Source of the DNA: an uncultured Actinomycetota bacterium
GTDB taxonomy: Bacteria; Actinomycetota; Actinomycetes; Propionibacteriales; Nocardioidaceae
DNA: 64,000 nucleotides
Assembly: GCA_963782905.1 (NCBI GenBank)
Contig: CAWALI010000006.1
Coordinates: 33,268-97,267 of the forward strand
Direction of reading: 5' to 3'
In this document: positions 50,401-61,170 of the stretch, piece after piece
Layout: every line of letters begins with the position of its first letter
Numbering within the stretch: position 1 is the first letter of the stretch
Notes under the pieces: generated by a model
Seen by the model: the letters and a program-made list of their open reading frames with translations, nothing else
Database searches by the model: none
What the model was told of the DNA's origin: nothing
Made by a program: the position numbers and the translations under genes

Positions 50401-52512
50401 TCACGAGCGGCCCGCCGTACGGGCGGCACCGGCGTAGATCGCGCTCAACCGGTCGGCCATGGCCTGCACGGTGAAGTCGGCGCTGATCCGCTCCAGCGCC
50501 AGGTCCATCCGCTCGACCTGACCCGGCGCGGAGGCGAGGCGGAACGCGGCCCGCATCGCACGGGCCACCTCGTCCGGCCGGCGGGTGTCGACGAGTACGC
50601 CGGTCACCCCGTCATCGATGTAGGTGGCCGGTCCGCCGGCCGACGGGCCCACCACCACCAGCCCGGAGGCCAGGGCCTCCACCAGCGCCAGGCCGAACTC
50701 CTCCTTGAGGCTGCTGCACACGTACACCCCGCCCGGGCCGATGCCGCCTGCCGTGCCCGCCCGCGCGGCCGCCAGCCAGACCGCCACCACGTCGTTGGGG
50801 CGGTGACCGGGCATCAGCAGGCCCGCAGCGGCCGCGGGGGACCGCGTCACCAGCTCGGCGATCAGGTCGAGCTGCTCGCGTTCGTCCGGGGAGGGATCGG
50901 CCAGGTCACCGCCGACGATGAGCAGGTTGCACCGCTCGGCCAGCTCAGCATCGCCGGCCCACGCCTCGACCAGGGTCGCCATTCCCTTGACCCGGTGCAG
51001 GCGCCCCACGCTGATCACCAGCGGCAGCCGTCTACGGTGCTCGGGCAGCGCGGCGACGAGCGCGTCGAGCTCGGCCAGCGCCGGGCCGGGCGTTCCGGGC
51101 CGCTCCACCTCGGCGGCAGCCGTGGCACTGACTCTCAGGTCGATGCCCTCCGGCACCACGGTGAACCGGCCGGGCTGCCCGGCCACGTCCAGCCCGAGCA
51201 GCTCGCGCATGTCGCGCTGCAGCTCGGGGCGGGGGAAGAGAACGATATGTGCCGAGTCCTCGGCCAGTCGCTGCACGAGACGGGCACGGAACCAGTAGTG
51301 CTCCCGCTCGTCGATGGTGCCGAAGTTGCGCCGGTGCAGGCCACCGGTCATGTCCAGGGCATGGATGACGGCGTGCGGGTCGGGCGCGAGGGTGAACACC
51401 ACCGGGATACCCAGCTCGCGGGCCACCTCGGCAGCGGCCAGGCTGCCCACCTCCGCCATCCGCAGGTGCAGGACGTCGGCGCGGTGCGTCCGCAGCACGC
51501 GGCGGATCCCGCGTTCCGCCGCGACCCGCGACGGCCAGGCCTGCGCGGCGGAGGCGGCCTCGGTGAGCAGGGGCACCGGGGTCAGCAGGTGCCCCTCGGC
51601 CGGGGTCAGCGCGTCCAGGGCGGCGCGGGAGGTGCCGCGGGACAGCGTCAGCACCCGGTCGACACCGGGCCCGGTCGCCAGCGCGTCACCCAGCCGGACC
51701 AGCAGCGTGGCGACCCCGCCGTTGTCTCCTGCGCCCGCCCGGCTGAGGTCACGGTCGATGTCGGCGTGCAGGAAGAGCTGGGCGACGGTCAGTCCGGGCC
51801 CGCTGCCGCCACGCTCGGCGGCGTCGATACCCAGATCGATCGCGGCAAGCCGGGCGACGGTTCCCAGGTCCCCGTCGGCCGCGCTGAGGTGACGGATCAG
51901 CGCCACCGTGGCGGCCTCGGCCGGGCGGTCGCCCAGGGCGGCGACGGCGGTCAGCCGTACCGTCGGGTGCTCGCCGTCGTCGGCGGCGAGCTGGAGCAGC
52001 GCGCGTCCGGCGATCGGACCGGGCACCAGGCCAAGGGTCTCCACCAGCCTGCTGCGGGCCGCCGGACCGGCCGCCCCGGTGAGCGCACCTTCGATGGCGA
52101 GCGAGACCTGCCCCGGCGCGGAGACGGCCCATCGGGCGAGCGTGCGTTGGGCGAGGACGCCGGAGAACCCACCGCTCACGACGACCCGGACCAGCCTGCC
52201 GATCGCGTCGAGGCGGGGCAGCCGAGCCTTGAGCGCCCAGCTCGCGTGCTCACGCAGGAATGCCCGGGGGTGCGACAGCAGCTCGGACAGGAGGGCGTCG
52301 GCCTCGTCGTCGAACACCCTGGCAAGGGCATGCACGGCCGCCACCGCGGTCAGCTCGTCGTCCTCGTGGATCACCGCGGCCAGCAGCCGCACCGGTTCCG
52401 GTCCGCCCTCGCCGCCGGCGGCGGCCGCGAGGCGGTCCCCGCTGCGCAGCACGTCCACCACGAACGGTGCCTGCTGGACCTCGTCGAGGATGTGCCGCAA
52501 AGACAGCGCCAT
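50401..52512 (-). CDS. GT4-family glycosyltransferase with a long N-terminal Ala/Leu-rich (HEAT-like) extension
   Basis: C-terminal GT4 core (VISVGRLHRVKG...EEFGLALVEALASGLVVV); the N-terminal roughly 350 aa are helical-repeat-like. Confidence 0.6.
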   Translation of the reverse strand: MALSLRHILDEVQQAPFVVDVLRSGDRLAAAAGGEGGPEPVRLLAAVIHEDDELTAVAAVHALARVFDDEADALLSELLSHPRAFLREHASWALKARLPRLDAIGRLVRVVVSGGFSGVLAQRTLARWAVSAPGQVSLAIEGALTGAAGPAARSRLVETLGLVPGPIAGRALLQLAADDGEHPTVRLTAVAALGDRPAEAATVALIRHLSAADGDLGTVARLAAIDLGIDAAERGGSGPGLTVAQLFLHADIDRDLSRAGAGDNGGVATLLVRLGDALATGPGVDRVLTLSRGTSRAALDALTPAEGHLLTPVPLLTEAASAAQAWPSRVAAERGIRRVLRTHRADVLHLRMAEVGSLAAAEVARELGIPVVFTLAPDPHAVIHALDMTGGLHRRNFGTIDEREHYWFRARLVQRLAEDSAHIVLFPRPELQRDMRELLGLDVAGQPGRFTVVPEGIDLRVSATAAAEVERPGTPGPALAELDALVAALPEHRRRLPLVISVGRLHRVKGMATLVEAWAGDAELAERCNLLIVGGDLADPSPDEREQLDLIAELVTRSPAAAAGLLMPGHRPNDVVAVWLAAARAGTAGGIGPGGVYVCSSLKEEFGLALVEALASGLVVVGPSAGGPATYIDDGVTGVLVDTRRPDEVARAMRAAFRLASAPGQVERMDLALERISADFTVQAMADRLSAIYAGAARTAGRS

Positions 52513-52674
52513 GCTCGGTGTTCGGCGCCGGGCCCGGAGCGGATGGCCCCCAGGACCGGGTGGTCTGGACCACCTCACCGGGGAGCTCCCCGGTGGGATC
52601 ACCCACCCGGCGTGCGGACACTCGGGGGAGTGGTCCACACTGGTCACCTGCCAGTCTCGTCAGGGGCTGGCCTC

Positions 52675-52748
52675 GCGGACGTGGTGTAGTTGCAGCACGC
52701 TTCCCTTCCAGGGAAATGGTCGAGGTTCAAATCCTCGCGTCCGCTCCA
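52675..52748 (+). tRNA. tRNA-Gly (anticodon TCC)
   Basis: Acceptor GCGGACG/CGTCCGC, T-arm CGAGG-TTCAAAT-CCTCG, anticodon loop CTTCCAG (U33, A37), 3' T-CCA encoded, 4-nt variable loop. Confidence 0.6.
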
Positions 52749-52811
52749 CTCCTTTCAGGGCCGGAGCTCGACAGCAGCGGGCGCTGCGTGCAGGCCGAGG
52801 CGGTCCCCGCC

Positions 52812-55244
52812 TCACAGCGCCCGGGTGCGCACCATCCGCAGCACCTCTTCGGAGCGTTCGGTGAGCGCACCGACCACCACGGGCGCGGCCCGGGCGGCCG
52901 CCACCTCGCGGGCGTGCCCCACCCACGCCTCGTCGATCGCGAACACCGGGAAGAGACTGAAGGTGAGGGCCAGGCCGGGGATCATCCCGCCCTCGTGCAG
53001 GGCGGGCAGCGCCTCGATGTAGCGCTCGGCGTACGGAGCCAGCACCTCGTCCTGGCCGGGCCGCCAGAAGGCTGCCCCCACGGTGCTCGCGGTCTGGATG
53101 GGCACGGCGCGCTCCACCAGCGCGGTCCACGCCTCCTCCTTCGCCTCGGCGGAGGATGCGCTCGCCCGCACGCAGAGCGCACGGACCCAGGCGTCGGGGT
53201 CGGGGTCCCGCTCCTGCAGGGCCTGCACGGCATGGGTGTCCACGTCGCCGAGCTCGGCCCGGCGCTGCAGGACGAACCACTGCAGGTCCAGGTCGTCGCC
53301 GGCCCGTTCACGCAGCGAGGCGAGGTCCTCCTCGCCCGCCGCCGTCCGGGCCAGCGTGCGCAGCGCCGAGTGCCGCGACACCCCTGCGTCCACCAGGTGA
53401 CGGGCCGCGGCGGCCACCTGCGCCTCCAGGCCGACCCGCTCCGACTCGGGCGCCCACTGCTGGGCGGCGCCGAGGGCGAGCGCGAGGCACGGCTCGGCGA
53501 CCGTCTCCACGGTCTCCACCGACAGCACGTCGGTGAACGCGCCCACAGCCTCGGCGGCTGTCGCCTCCGCGCTGGACAGCATGTCCCACACGGTGGCCAT
53601 CGCCACGGCGCGGGCCAGGGTCGTGGGCAGGCCCGAGGGGTGGCCGATGAGTATCTCGCGCCCGGCGACGTCAGGTCGGGTCGTGGCGAACGTGGTGTCG
53701 TCGTGGTTCACCAGGTAGAGGTCGGCCTGGGGCAGACCCTCGACGGCGGTGCGCTCGCCCTCCACCTCCACGCGGGCGGAGCCCACCTCCTCGAGCGCCT
53801 CGCCGGCGCGGCGGTAGGCGCCCACGCCCACCACCTGCGGGTGCGGGGCACCGTGTGCGCCGACGGCGGTGAGCACCAGGCCGTCGTCGGTGTGATCGAT
53901 GCCCAGGCGGTCGACGCCGGCTGTCTCCAGCCACGCGGTGCGCCACGGCTGGAGGTCGCGGCCGCTGGCCCGCTCCAAGGAGCGGACGAGGTCGTCGAGG
54001 GTCGTGTTGCCCCAGGCGTGCTCGGCGAAGTAGGCGCTCATGCCCACGCAGAACGTGTCCTCACCCACGAAGTGCATGAGCTGCTTGAGGACCGCCGCGC
54101 CCTTGGGATAGGTGATGGAGTCGAAGATCGACTCGGCGTCGGCCACGGTGGGCACGGATTGGCGGATGGGGTGCGAGCTGGGCCCCTGGTCGGCGAGGTA
54201 GGCGTTCAGCTTGTCGCCCACCAGGTTGTTGGCGGCCGTGTCGCCGTACGCGGTGGCCCGCTCGGCCGCCCACATGCAGGCGAACTCGGCGAAGGCCTCG
54301 TTGAGCCAGAGGTCGTCCCACCAGCGCATGGTGACGATGTTGCCGAACCACATGTGCGCCATCTCGTGCAGCAGCACGTTGGTGAACAGCTGCCACTCGC
54401 CGGTGGTGGGCTCGTGGCGGCGCAGGACGCTGTCGGCCCAGGTGACGCAGCCGTAGTTCTCCATCGCCCCGCCGAACTCGGCCAGGAACACCTGGTCGTA
54501 CGAGCGCTGCGGGAACGGCATGCCGAAGCGCTCGCCGAAGAAGGCGAGGCCCTGGGCCGTGAGCGTGAACAGCTGCTCGGCGTCGCGCTCCAGCGCCGAG
54601 GCCAGGGTCCGCCGGGCGTAGAGGCCGAGGTCGTACCCGCCGGCCTCCTGGCGCACCTCCACGAACGGGCCCGCCACCACCACAGGGTTGTAGGTGGAGA
54701 GCGGCGGCGTGGGCTCGAACGTCCACCGACGCCCGCCCTCGACGTCCTCGATGAGCGGGTCGCCGGAGTTGCTCACCACGGTCCACGCCGCCGGCGCGGT
54801 GACCGTGAACGCGTGAGGTGCCTTGAGGTCGGGCTGGTCGAAGCAGGCCCAGGCGTAGCGCGCCTCGTCGGGCTCGAAGCTGGTCCACACGTAGACGTTG
54901 TCGTCGCCGGGGTCGACGGCACGGTGCACCCCCCGTCCGTGGGTGGTGTCCCGCTGCATCGTGGCCACCACCAGCTCGTTGTCCTCGGCGAGGTCGGCCA
55001 GCGCGATCCGTCCTTCGACCGCTGCGGGCAACGGCTCGCCGTTGAGCCTGGCCGACTCCACCTCGGCGCAGCAGTCGACGAACGTCGACGCCCCGGCGGT
55101 GCCCGTGAAGCGCACCGTGCTGACGGCCCGGAAGCCGGGACCGTCGAGCATCTGGGCGAGGTCGATGTCGATGTCGTAGGAGGTGACCGACAGCAGCGCC
55201 GCACGCTCGACGGCCTCCTCCTGTCGAAGACTGCGGACGGGCAC
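52812..55244 (-). CDS. pepN: Aminopeptidase N (M1 family)
   Basis: GAMEN exopeptidase motif (GGAMENYG) and HEMAHMWFGN...LWLNEAFA zinc motif. GTG start at 55244 chosen by alignment to typical PepN N-termini. Confidence 0.85.
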   Translation of the reverse strand: MPVRSLRQEEAVERAALLSVTSYDIDIDLAQMLDGPGFRAVSTVRFTGTAGASTFVDCCAEVESARLNGEPLPAAVEGRIALADLAEDNELVVATMQRDTTHGRGVHRAVDPGDDNVYVWTSFEPDEARYAWACFDQPDLKAPHAFTVTAPAAWTVVSNSGDPLIEDVEGGRRWTFEPTPPLSTYNPVVVAGPFVEVRQEAGGYDLGLYARRTLASALERDAEQLFTLTAQGLAFFGERFGMPFPQRSYDQVFLAEFGGAMENYGCVTWADSVLRRHEPTTGEWQLFTNVLLHEMAHMWFGNIVTMRWWDDLWLNEAFAEFACMWAAERATAYGDTAANNLVGDKLNAYLADQGPSSHPIRQSVPTVADAESIFDSITYPKGAAVLKQLMHFVGEDTFCVGMSAYFAEHAWGNTTLDDLVRSLERASGRDLQPWRTAWLETAGVDRLGIDHTDDGLVLTAVGAHGAPHPQVVGVGAYRRAGEALEEVGSARVEVEGERTAVEGLPQADLYLVNHDDTTFATTRPDVAGREILIGHPSGLPTTLARAVAMATVWDMLSSAEATAAEAVGAFTDVLSVETVETVAEPCLALALGAAQQWAPESERVGLEAQVAAAARHLVDAGVSRHSALRTLARTAAGEEDLASLRERAGDDLDLQWFVLQRRAELGDVDTHAVQALQERDPDPDAWVRALCVRASASSAEAKEEAWTALVERAVPIQTASTVGAAFWRPGQDEVLAPYAERYIEALPALHEGGMIPGLALTFSLFPVFAIDEAWVGHAREVAAARAAPVVVGALTERSEEVLRMVRTRAL

Positions 55245-55446
55245 AGGCGTGGTCCTCACTCGAGGTCGGGTGCTGCGGACGGCGCCCGAGGTGAGCGACG
55301 TACGCAGCCTAGGGCCCGGTGCACGCCGGAGCGAGGGCTCACCGGTGGCACGGAGGCACGGAGGTCGGAGCCGCAGTAGCCTCACAGGCGTGACAGTCTC
55401 GCGACGAGGAATGCCAGAGCGAGCCGTCGAATCGGGAGGCGCCAGG

Positions 55447-58400
55447 ATGTTCACTCGAGTTGCCATCGTGAATCGCGGCGAGGCCGCGATGAGGCTGATC
55501 CACGCCGTGCGGGACCTGAACGCGCACGGTGGTGGGGCACCGATCCAGACGATCGCGCTGCACACCGACGAGGAACGGACGGCGATGTTCGCGCGGGAGG
55601 CCGACGAGGCCTTCTCGCTGGGTCCGGCCTCGGCACGCCCGTACATCGACCTGGCCGTCCTGGAGCGGGTGCTGGTCGAGTGCGCCGCAGACGCGGTGTG
55701 GGTGGGTTGGGGGTTCGTCGCCGAGGACCCCGCGTTCGCCGAGCTGTGCGAGCGCCTCGGCGTCACGTTCGTGGGTCCGAGCGCCGACGCGATGCGCCGG
55801 CTGGGCGACAAGATCGGATCCAAGCTCCTCGCGCAGGAGGTGGGCGTGCCGGTCGCGCCGTGGAGCGGCGGTGGGGTCGACACGCTGGACGCGGCGCTGG
55901 ACGCCGCCGCACGCATCGGCTACCCGCTCATGCTCAAGGCGACCGCCGGCGGGGGCGGCCGGGGCATCCGCAGGGTCGACTCGACCGCCGACCTCGAGGA
56001 CGCCTACCAACGCACCCGCGACGAGGCCGAGCGCGCCTTCGGCAGCGGCGTGGTCTTCCTCGAGCGCCTCGTGACCGGGGCACGGCACGTCGAGGTCCAG
56101 CTGATCGCCGACGGTCACGGCACCGCGTGGGCGGTGGGCGTCCGCGACTGCACCGTGCAGCGGCGCAACCAGAAGGTCATCGAGGAGTCGGCGTCGCCGC
56201 TGCTCGACCGGAGCCAGACCGATGAGCTCAAGGCGTCCGCCGAGCGGCTGGCCCTCGCGGTGGGGTACGTCGGCGCGGGGACGGTCGAGTTCCTCTACCA
56301 CCCGGGTGAGCGGTCGTTCGCCTTCCTCGAGGTCAACACCCGCCTGCAGGTCGAGCACCCGATCACCGAGACGACCACGGACCTCGATCTGGTCAGGGCG
56401 CAGCTGCACGTCGCCGCTGGTGGCCGGCTCGAGGGGCCGAAGCCTCTCGAGCGGGGACACGCCGTCGAGGCCCGGCTCAACGCCGAGGACCCGGACCGGG
56501 ACTTCGCGCCCTCGCCCGGACGGATCGCGCTGCTCGACCTGCCCTCGGGGCCGGGGATCCGCGTCGACACCGGCGTCGGCGAGGGCGACACCATCCCCGC
56601 CGACTTCGACTCGATGATCGCCAAGATCATCGCCTACGGCAGCACCCGCGACGAGGCGCTGGCCCGGCTGCGTCGGGCGATGGGGGAGACCACCGTCGTG
56701 ATCGAGGGGGGTGCCACCAACAAGAGCTTCATCCTCGACCTGCTGCGAGCAGTCCGAGGTCGTCGACGGCGAGGCGGGCTGGGCCGACACCAGCTGGATC
56801 GACCGGGTCCGCGCCGAGGGACGACTCGTCGTGCACGAGCACTCCGGCATCGCCGTCGTCGCGGCCGGCATCGAGGCCTACCAGGACGAGGCGCAGGTCG
56901 AGGTCACCCGACTGCTGGAGAGCGCCCACGGAGGTCGACCGCAGGTGCAGCACAAGGTCGGCCGCGCGGTCGACTTCAAGCTGCGCGGGACGGCGTACAA
57001 GGTCACCGTCCTCCAGATCGGTCCGCACCGGTACCGGGTCGGCGTGGCGGCGGGCGGTGCCGAGCACGTCGTGGTCGCCGACGTCGAGCGGCTCGACGCC
57101 TTCCACACCCGGCTGACGGTCGGCGACCAGCGCCACCACCTGGTCACCGCCACCCATGGTCCCGTCCACATGATCGAGGTCGACGGTGTGGCCCACCGGG
57201 TCAGCCGCGACGAGGGCGGGGTGCTCCGCTCGCCGGCACCCGCGCTCGTCGTCGCCTCTCCCGTCGCGGTCGGCGACCTGGTCGCGGCCGCGGCTCCGGT
57301 CCTGGTCCTGGAGAGCATGAAGATGGAGACGGTGCTGCGGGCGCCGTTCGCGGCCCGGGTCCGTGAGGTCCTGGTGCCGACCGGGAGCCAGGTCGAGACC
57401 GGCGCCCCGCTGGTGCGCCTCGAGCCCGTCGAGGAGGACGCCGCCGAGGAGGCGGCGCCGTCCGACGAGGCCGGACCCGCCCTCGACCTGCCGCCCTTCG
57501 TGCCGGCCGACTCCGCGCGGGAACGCGCCGCGCGCAGCCGCGACGACGTCGCGGCGATGGTCATGGGGTACGACGTGGACGCGAGCGAGGACGGCGACGT
57601 GATCGCGGACTATCTCGTGGCCCGCGACGAGCTCGTGGCGGCGGGCGTCGACGTGGTGGCCGACGAGATGGAGCTCCTGCGCCTCTTCGCCGACCTCGCC
57701 GAGCTCAGCCGCAACCGCCCCGCCGGGGAGGACCTGCACACCGAGCTGCGCGTGCACAGCCCGAAGGAGCACTTCCACGCCTTCCTGCAGAGCCTCGACG
57801 TGGACCGGGGCGGACTCCCCGAACCGTTCCGCGACCGCCTCATCAGGGTGCTCGCCCACTACGGCGTGACCGACCTGGACCGGACTCCGCAGCTGGAGGA
57901 GGCGGTGTTCCGGATCTTCCTGGCGCAGCAGCGACCCGACCCCGAGGTCCGCCTGGCGACCGAGCTGCTGCAACGCTGGATCGTCGAGCCGCCCCCGGCC
58001 GAGGAGCTGGCCGGGCCGGCGCGCGACCTCCTCGAGCGGCTCGTCAGGTCCACCCAGCTCCGCTTCCCGGCGGTCGGCGACCTGGCCCGCAGCACTCGCT
58101 TCCGCTGGTTCGACCAGCCGCTGGTCGACGCGGAGCGCTCGAGCGTGCTGGCGGGGGTCCGCGACGAGGTGGAAGCCCTGGCCGCGGATCCCGACACTCC
58201 GGACCGGACCGCACGGCTGGAGGCGCTGGCCGCGATCCCGGAGCAGATCGTGCGGTTCCTCGCGGAGCGGCTGGAGGGCGGCGTCCCGGAGCACGAGCCG
58301 ATGCTCGAGGTGCTGGTGCGCCGGCACTACCGCGAGCACGACCTGCACGGACTGCGGTCCTTCGTGCGTGACGGGCGGACGTTCGCGGAGGCCGACTACG

Positions 58401-60970
58401 TCCTCGACGACCGCCCCACCCGGGTGGTCTCCACGGTCGGCACCGTCGCCGAGCTCCGCGATCCGGACAGCCCGCTGGTCACGGCCGTCAGCGAGGAGAT
58501 CGCCGCCCGTGCTGCTGATCAAGAGGTGGTGCTCGACCTCTACCTGCACTGGCCGGAGGCCCCGGACGTGCCGGAGCAGGCCAGCGCCGAGCTCGCCCGC
58601 ATCGTCGGAACCCTGCCCCTCGCCCACGACGTACGCCGGATCGCCGTGGCGGTCTGTCCCGGCGCGGGCAGGTCGGTCACCTACTTCACCTTGCGTCCCG
58701 TCGTCGACGACGGCATCGTCGAGGACGACCTCGTCCGTGGCGTGCACCCGATGGTCGGTCGCCGTCTGGACCTCTGGCGGTTGCGCGACTTCCACGTCAC
58801 CCGCGTCGAGGCCCCCGAGGACGTGCTCCTCTACGAGTGCGTCGCCCGGGAGAACCCCGCCGACCGGCGGCTGGTCGCCCTGGCCCAGGTCCGTCAGCTC
58901 GCCGTCGTCCGCGACGAGGACGGCAGGGTCACCGGCCTGCCCCACGCGGAGCGGGCGGTGGAGAACTGCCTCGAGGCCATCCGCCGCGTCCGTGCGTCGC
59001 GCGGCGCGGCCGGCAGCAGGCTCGACACCAACCACGTGTGGGTGCAGGTGTGGCCGGTGGTCGAGGTCGACGTGGGCCAGCTCACCACGCTGCAGGACAA
59101 GATCACTCCGCTCACCGACGGCGCCGGCATCGAGGAGGTGCTCGCCCAGGGCCGTGTCGTCGGTTCCGACGGCCGCCCGACACCCATCGCGATCCGGTTC
59201 CACGCCCGTCCCGGCGCCGGTGTCACGGCGTCCATCGAGGGCCCTCCGACCGAGCGGCTCAAGCCCCTCGACGAGTACGCCGCCAAGGTCGCCCGCGCCC
59301 GTCGCCGTGGCCTGGTCTACCCCTACGAGCTCGAGGGAGTGCTCGCCGGTCCGGACGGGAGCCTCGTCGAGCACGACCTCGACGACACCGGCACCCTGGT
59401 GCCCGTCGACCGGCCGCACGGACTGAACAAGGCGGGGATCCTGGTCGCCGTCGTGACCACCCCGACCGCGCTGCACCCGGAGGGAGTCACCCGCGTCGTG
59501 CTCTGCGGTGATCCGACGAAGGCGCTCGGCGCCGTGTCGGAGCCGGAGTGCTCTCGCATCATCGCCGCGATCGACCTGGCCGAGCGGATGCAGGTGCCGG
59601 TGGAGTGGTACGCCCTCTCTGCGGGAGCCCGGATCTCGATGGACTCCGGCACGGAGAACATGGACTGGGTGGCGGCCGGGCTCAAGCGGATCATCGAGTT
59701 CACCCAGGCCGGCGGCGAGATCAACGTCGTCGTGGCGGGCATCAACGTGGGGGCGCAGCCGTACTGGAACGCCGAGGCGACGATGCTCATGCACACCAAG
59801 GGCATCCTGGTGATGACGCCGGACAGCGCGATGGTGCTCACCGGGAAGCAGTCGCTCGACTTCTCCGGCGGCGTGTCCGCGGAGGACAACTTCGGCATCG
59901 GTGGCTACGACCGGGTGATGGGCCCGAACGGGCAGGCGCAGTACTGGGCGCCCGACCTGGCCGGCGCCTTCGCGGTGCTGCTGGCGCACTACGACCACAC
60001 CTATGTCGTGCCCGGTGAGTCGCGGCCGCGGCAGGCCCCCACCACCGACCCCACGGACCGCGACGTCTCGTCGTACCCGCACGTGTCGGCGGACAGTGAC
60101 TTCACCACGGTCGGCGAGATCTTCTCCGCGGCCGCCAACCCGGACCGCAAGAAGGCCTTCGACATCCGCACGGTCATGCGGGCCCTGGCCGACCAGGACC
60201 ACCCGACGCTGGAGCGATGGGCCGGGATGGCCGACGCGGACACCGCCGTGGTCCAGGACGCACACCTCGGCGGTCATCCCGTGTGCCTGCTCGGGATCGA
60301 GTCGCGGCCGGTCCCACGGCGCGGCTTCCCGCCCACCGACGGTCCGGACATCTACACCGCCGGCACCCTGTTTCCCCGTTCGTCGAAGAAGGCGGCCCGG
60401 GCGATCAACGCGGCGAGCGGGAACCGACCGCTGGTCGTGCTGGCGAACCTGTCCGGCTTCGACGGCTCGCCGGACTCGATGCGCAACCTCCAGCTGGAGT
60501 ACGGCGCGGAGATCGGCCGTGCGATCGTCAACTTCGACGGCCCGATCGTCTTCTGCGTCATCTCGCGCTACCACGGCGGCGCGTTCGTGGTCTTCTCCAA
60601 GGCCCTGAACCCGAACATGACCGTGCTCGCCCTGGAGGGCTCCTACGCGTCGGTCATCGGAGGTGCTCCGGCGGCGGCGGTCGTGTTCGCCGGCGAGGTC
60701 GAGAAGCGTACGTCGGCAGACCCTCGCGTCCGGGACGTCGAAGCAGGCATCGCCGACGCCACAGGACCGGACCGGAGCCGCCTGGTCGTCGAGCTGGCCG
60801 ACCTGAGGGCAGCGGTGCGACCGGAGAAGATCGGGGAGGTCGCCGCCGAGTTCGACGGCGTGCACGACATCCACCGGGCAGTCCGCGTGGGCTCGGTGGA
60901 CGAGGTGATCCCGGTCGCGCGGCTCCGGCCCCGGGTGATCGAGGCCATCGAGAGTGGGCTGAGCCGTTAG
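55447..60970 (+). CDS. Single-chain multidomain acyl-CoA carboxylase (biotin carboxylase + BCCP + carboxyltransferase; LCC-like), about 1840 aa, with one frameshift near 56740
   Basis: BC ATP-grasp domain (55447..~56740), biotinyl-Lys motif LESMKMET, and C-terminal CT domain (ACC/PCC beta-like). Continues in ORF 56711..60970. Confidence 0.8.
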
Positions 60971-61170
60971 TCGCGTGAGTGCCCGTCCTCCGACATGCCC
61001 GCTCGGCGCCGGGGGAGGAGGAGCTTCACGACCGGGTGGACGCGGACATCGCGCTGGTAGCTGCCGTCGGGCCGCAGTCATGTCGTGCGTCCGCGCCGTC
61101 AGCGACAAGCGTGTCACCGCCCGTTGACGGCGCCCTCCCTCTACCGGACATGCCGATGTGAGGATCTTGG

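Noticed and set aside
44629-52748. Prophage or integrative element at tRNA-Gly
   Set aside because: There is no integrase, excisionase, phage structural gene or recognisable attL/attR duplication of the tRNA 3' end. It is kept only as a possible old island; see findings.
56729-61117. 1462-aa minus-strand ORF antisense to the LCC-like carboxylase, and the 1039-aa ORF 52260..55379 antisense to pepN
   Set aside because: The sense strands carry diagnostic catalytic motifs (MKM biotin site, GAMEN/HEMAH). The antisense frames are compositionally biased and have no homology signals.
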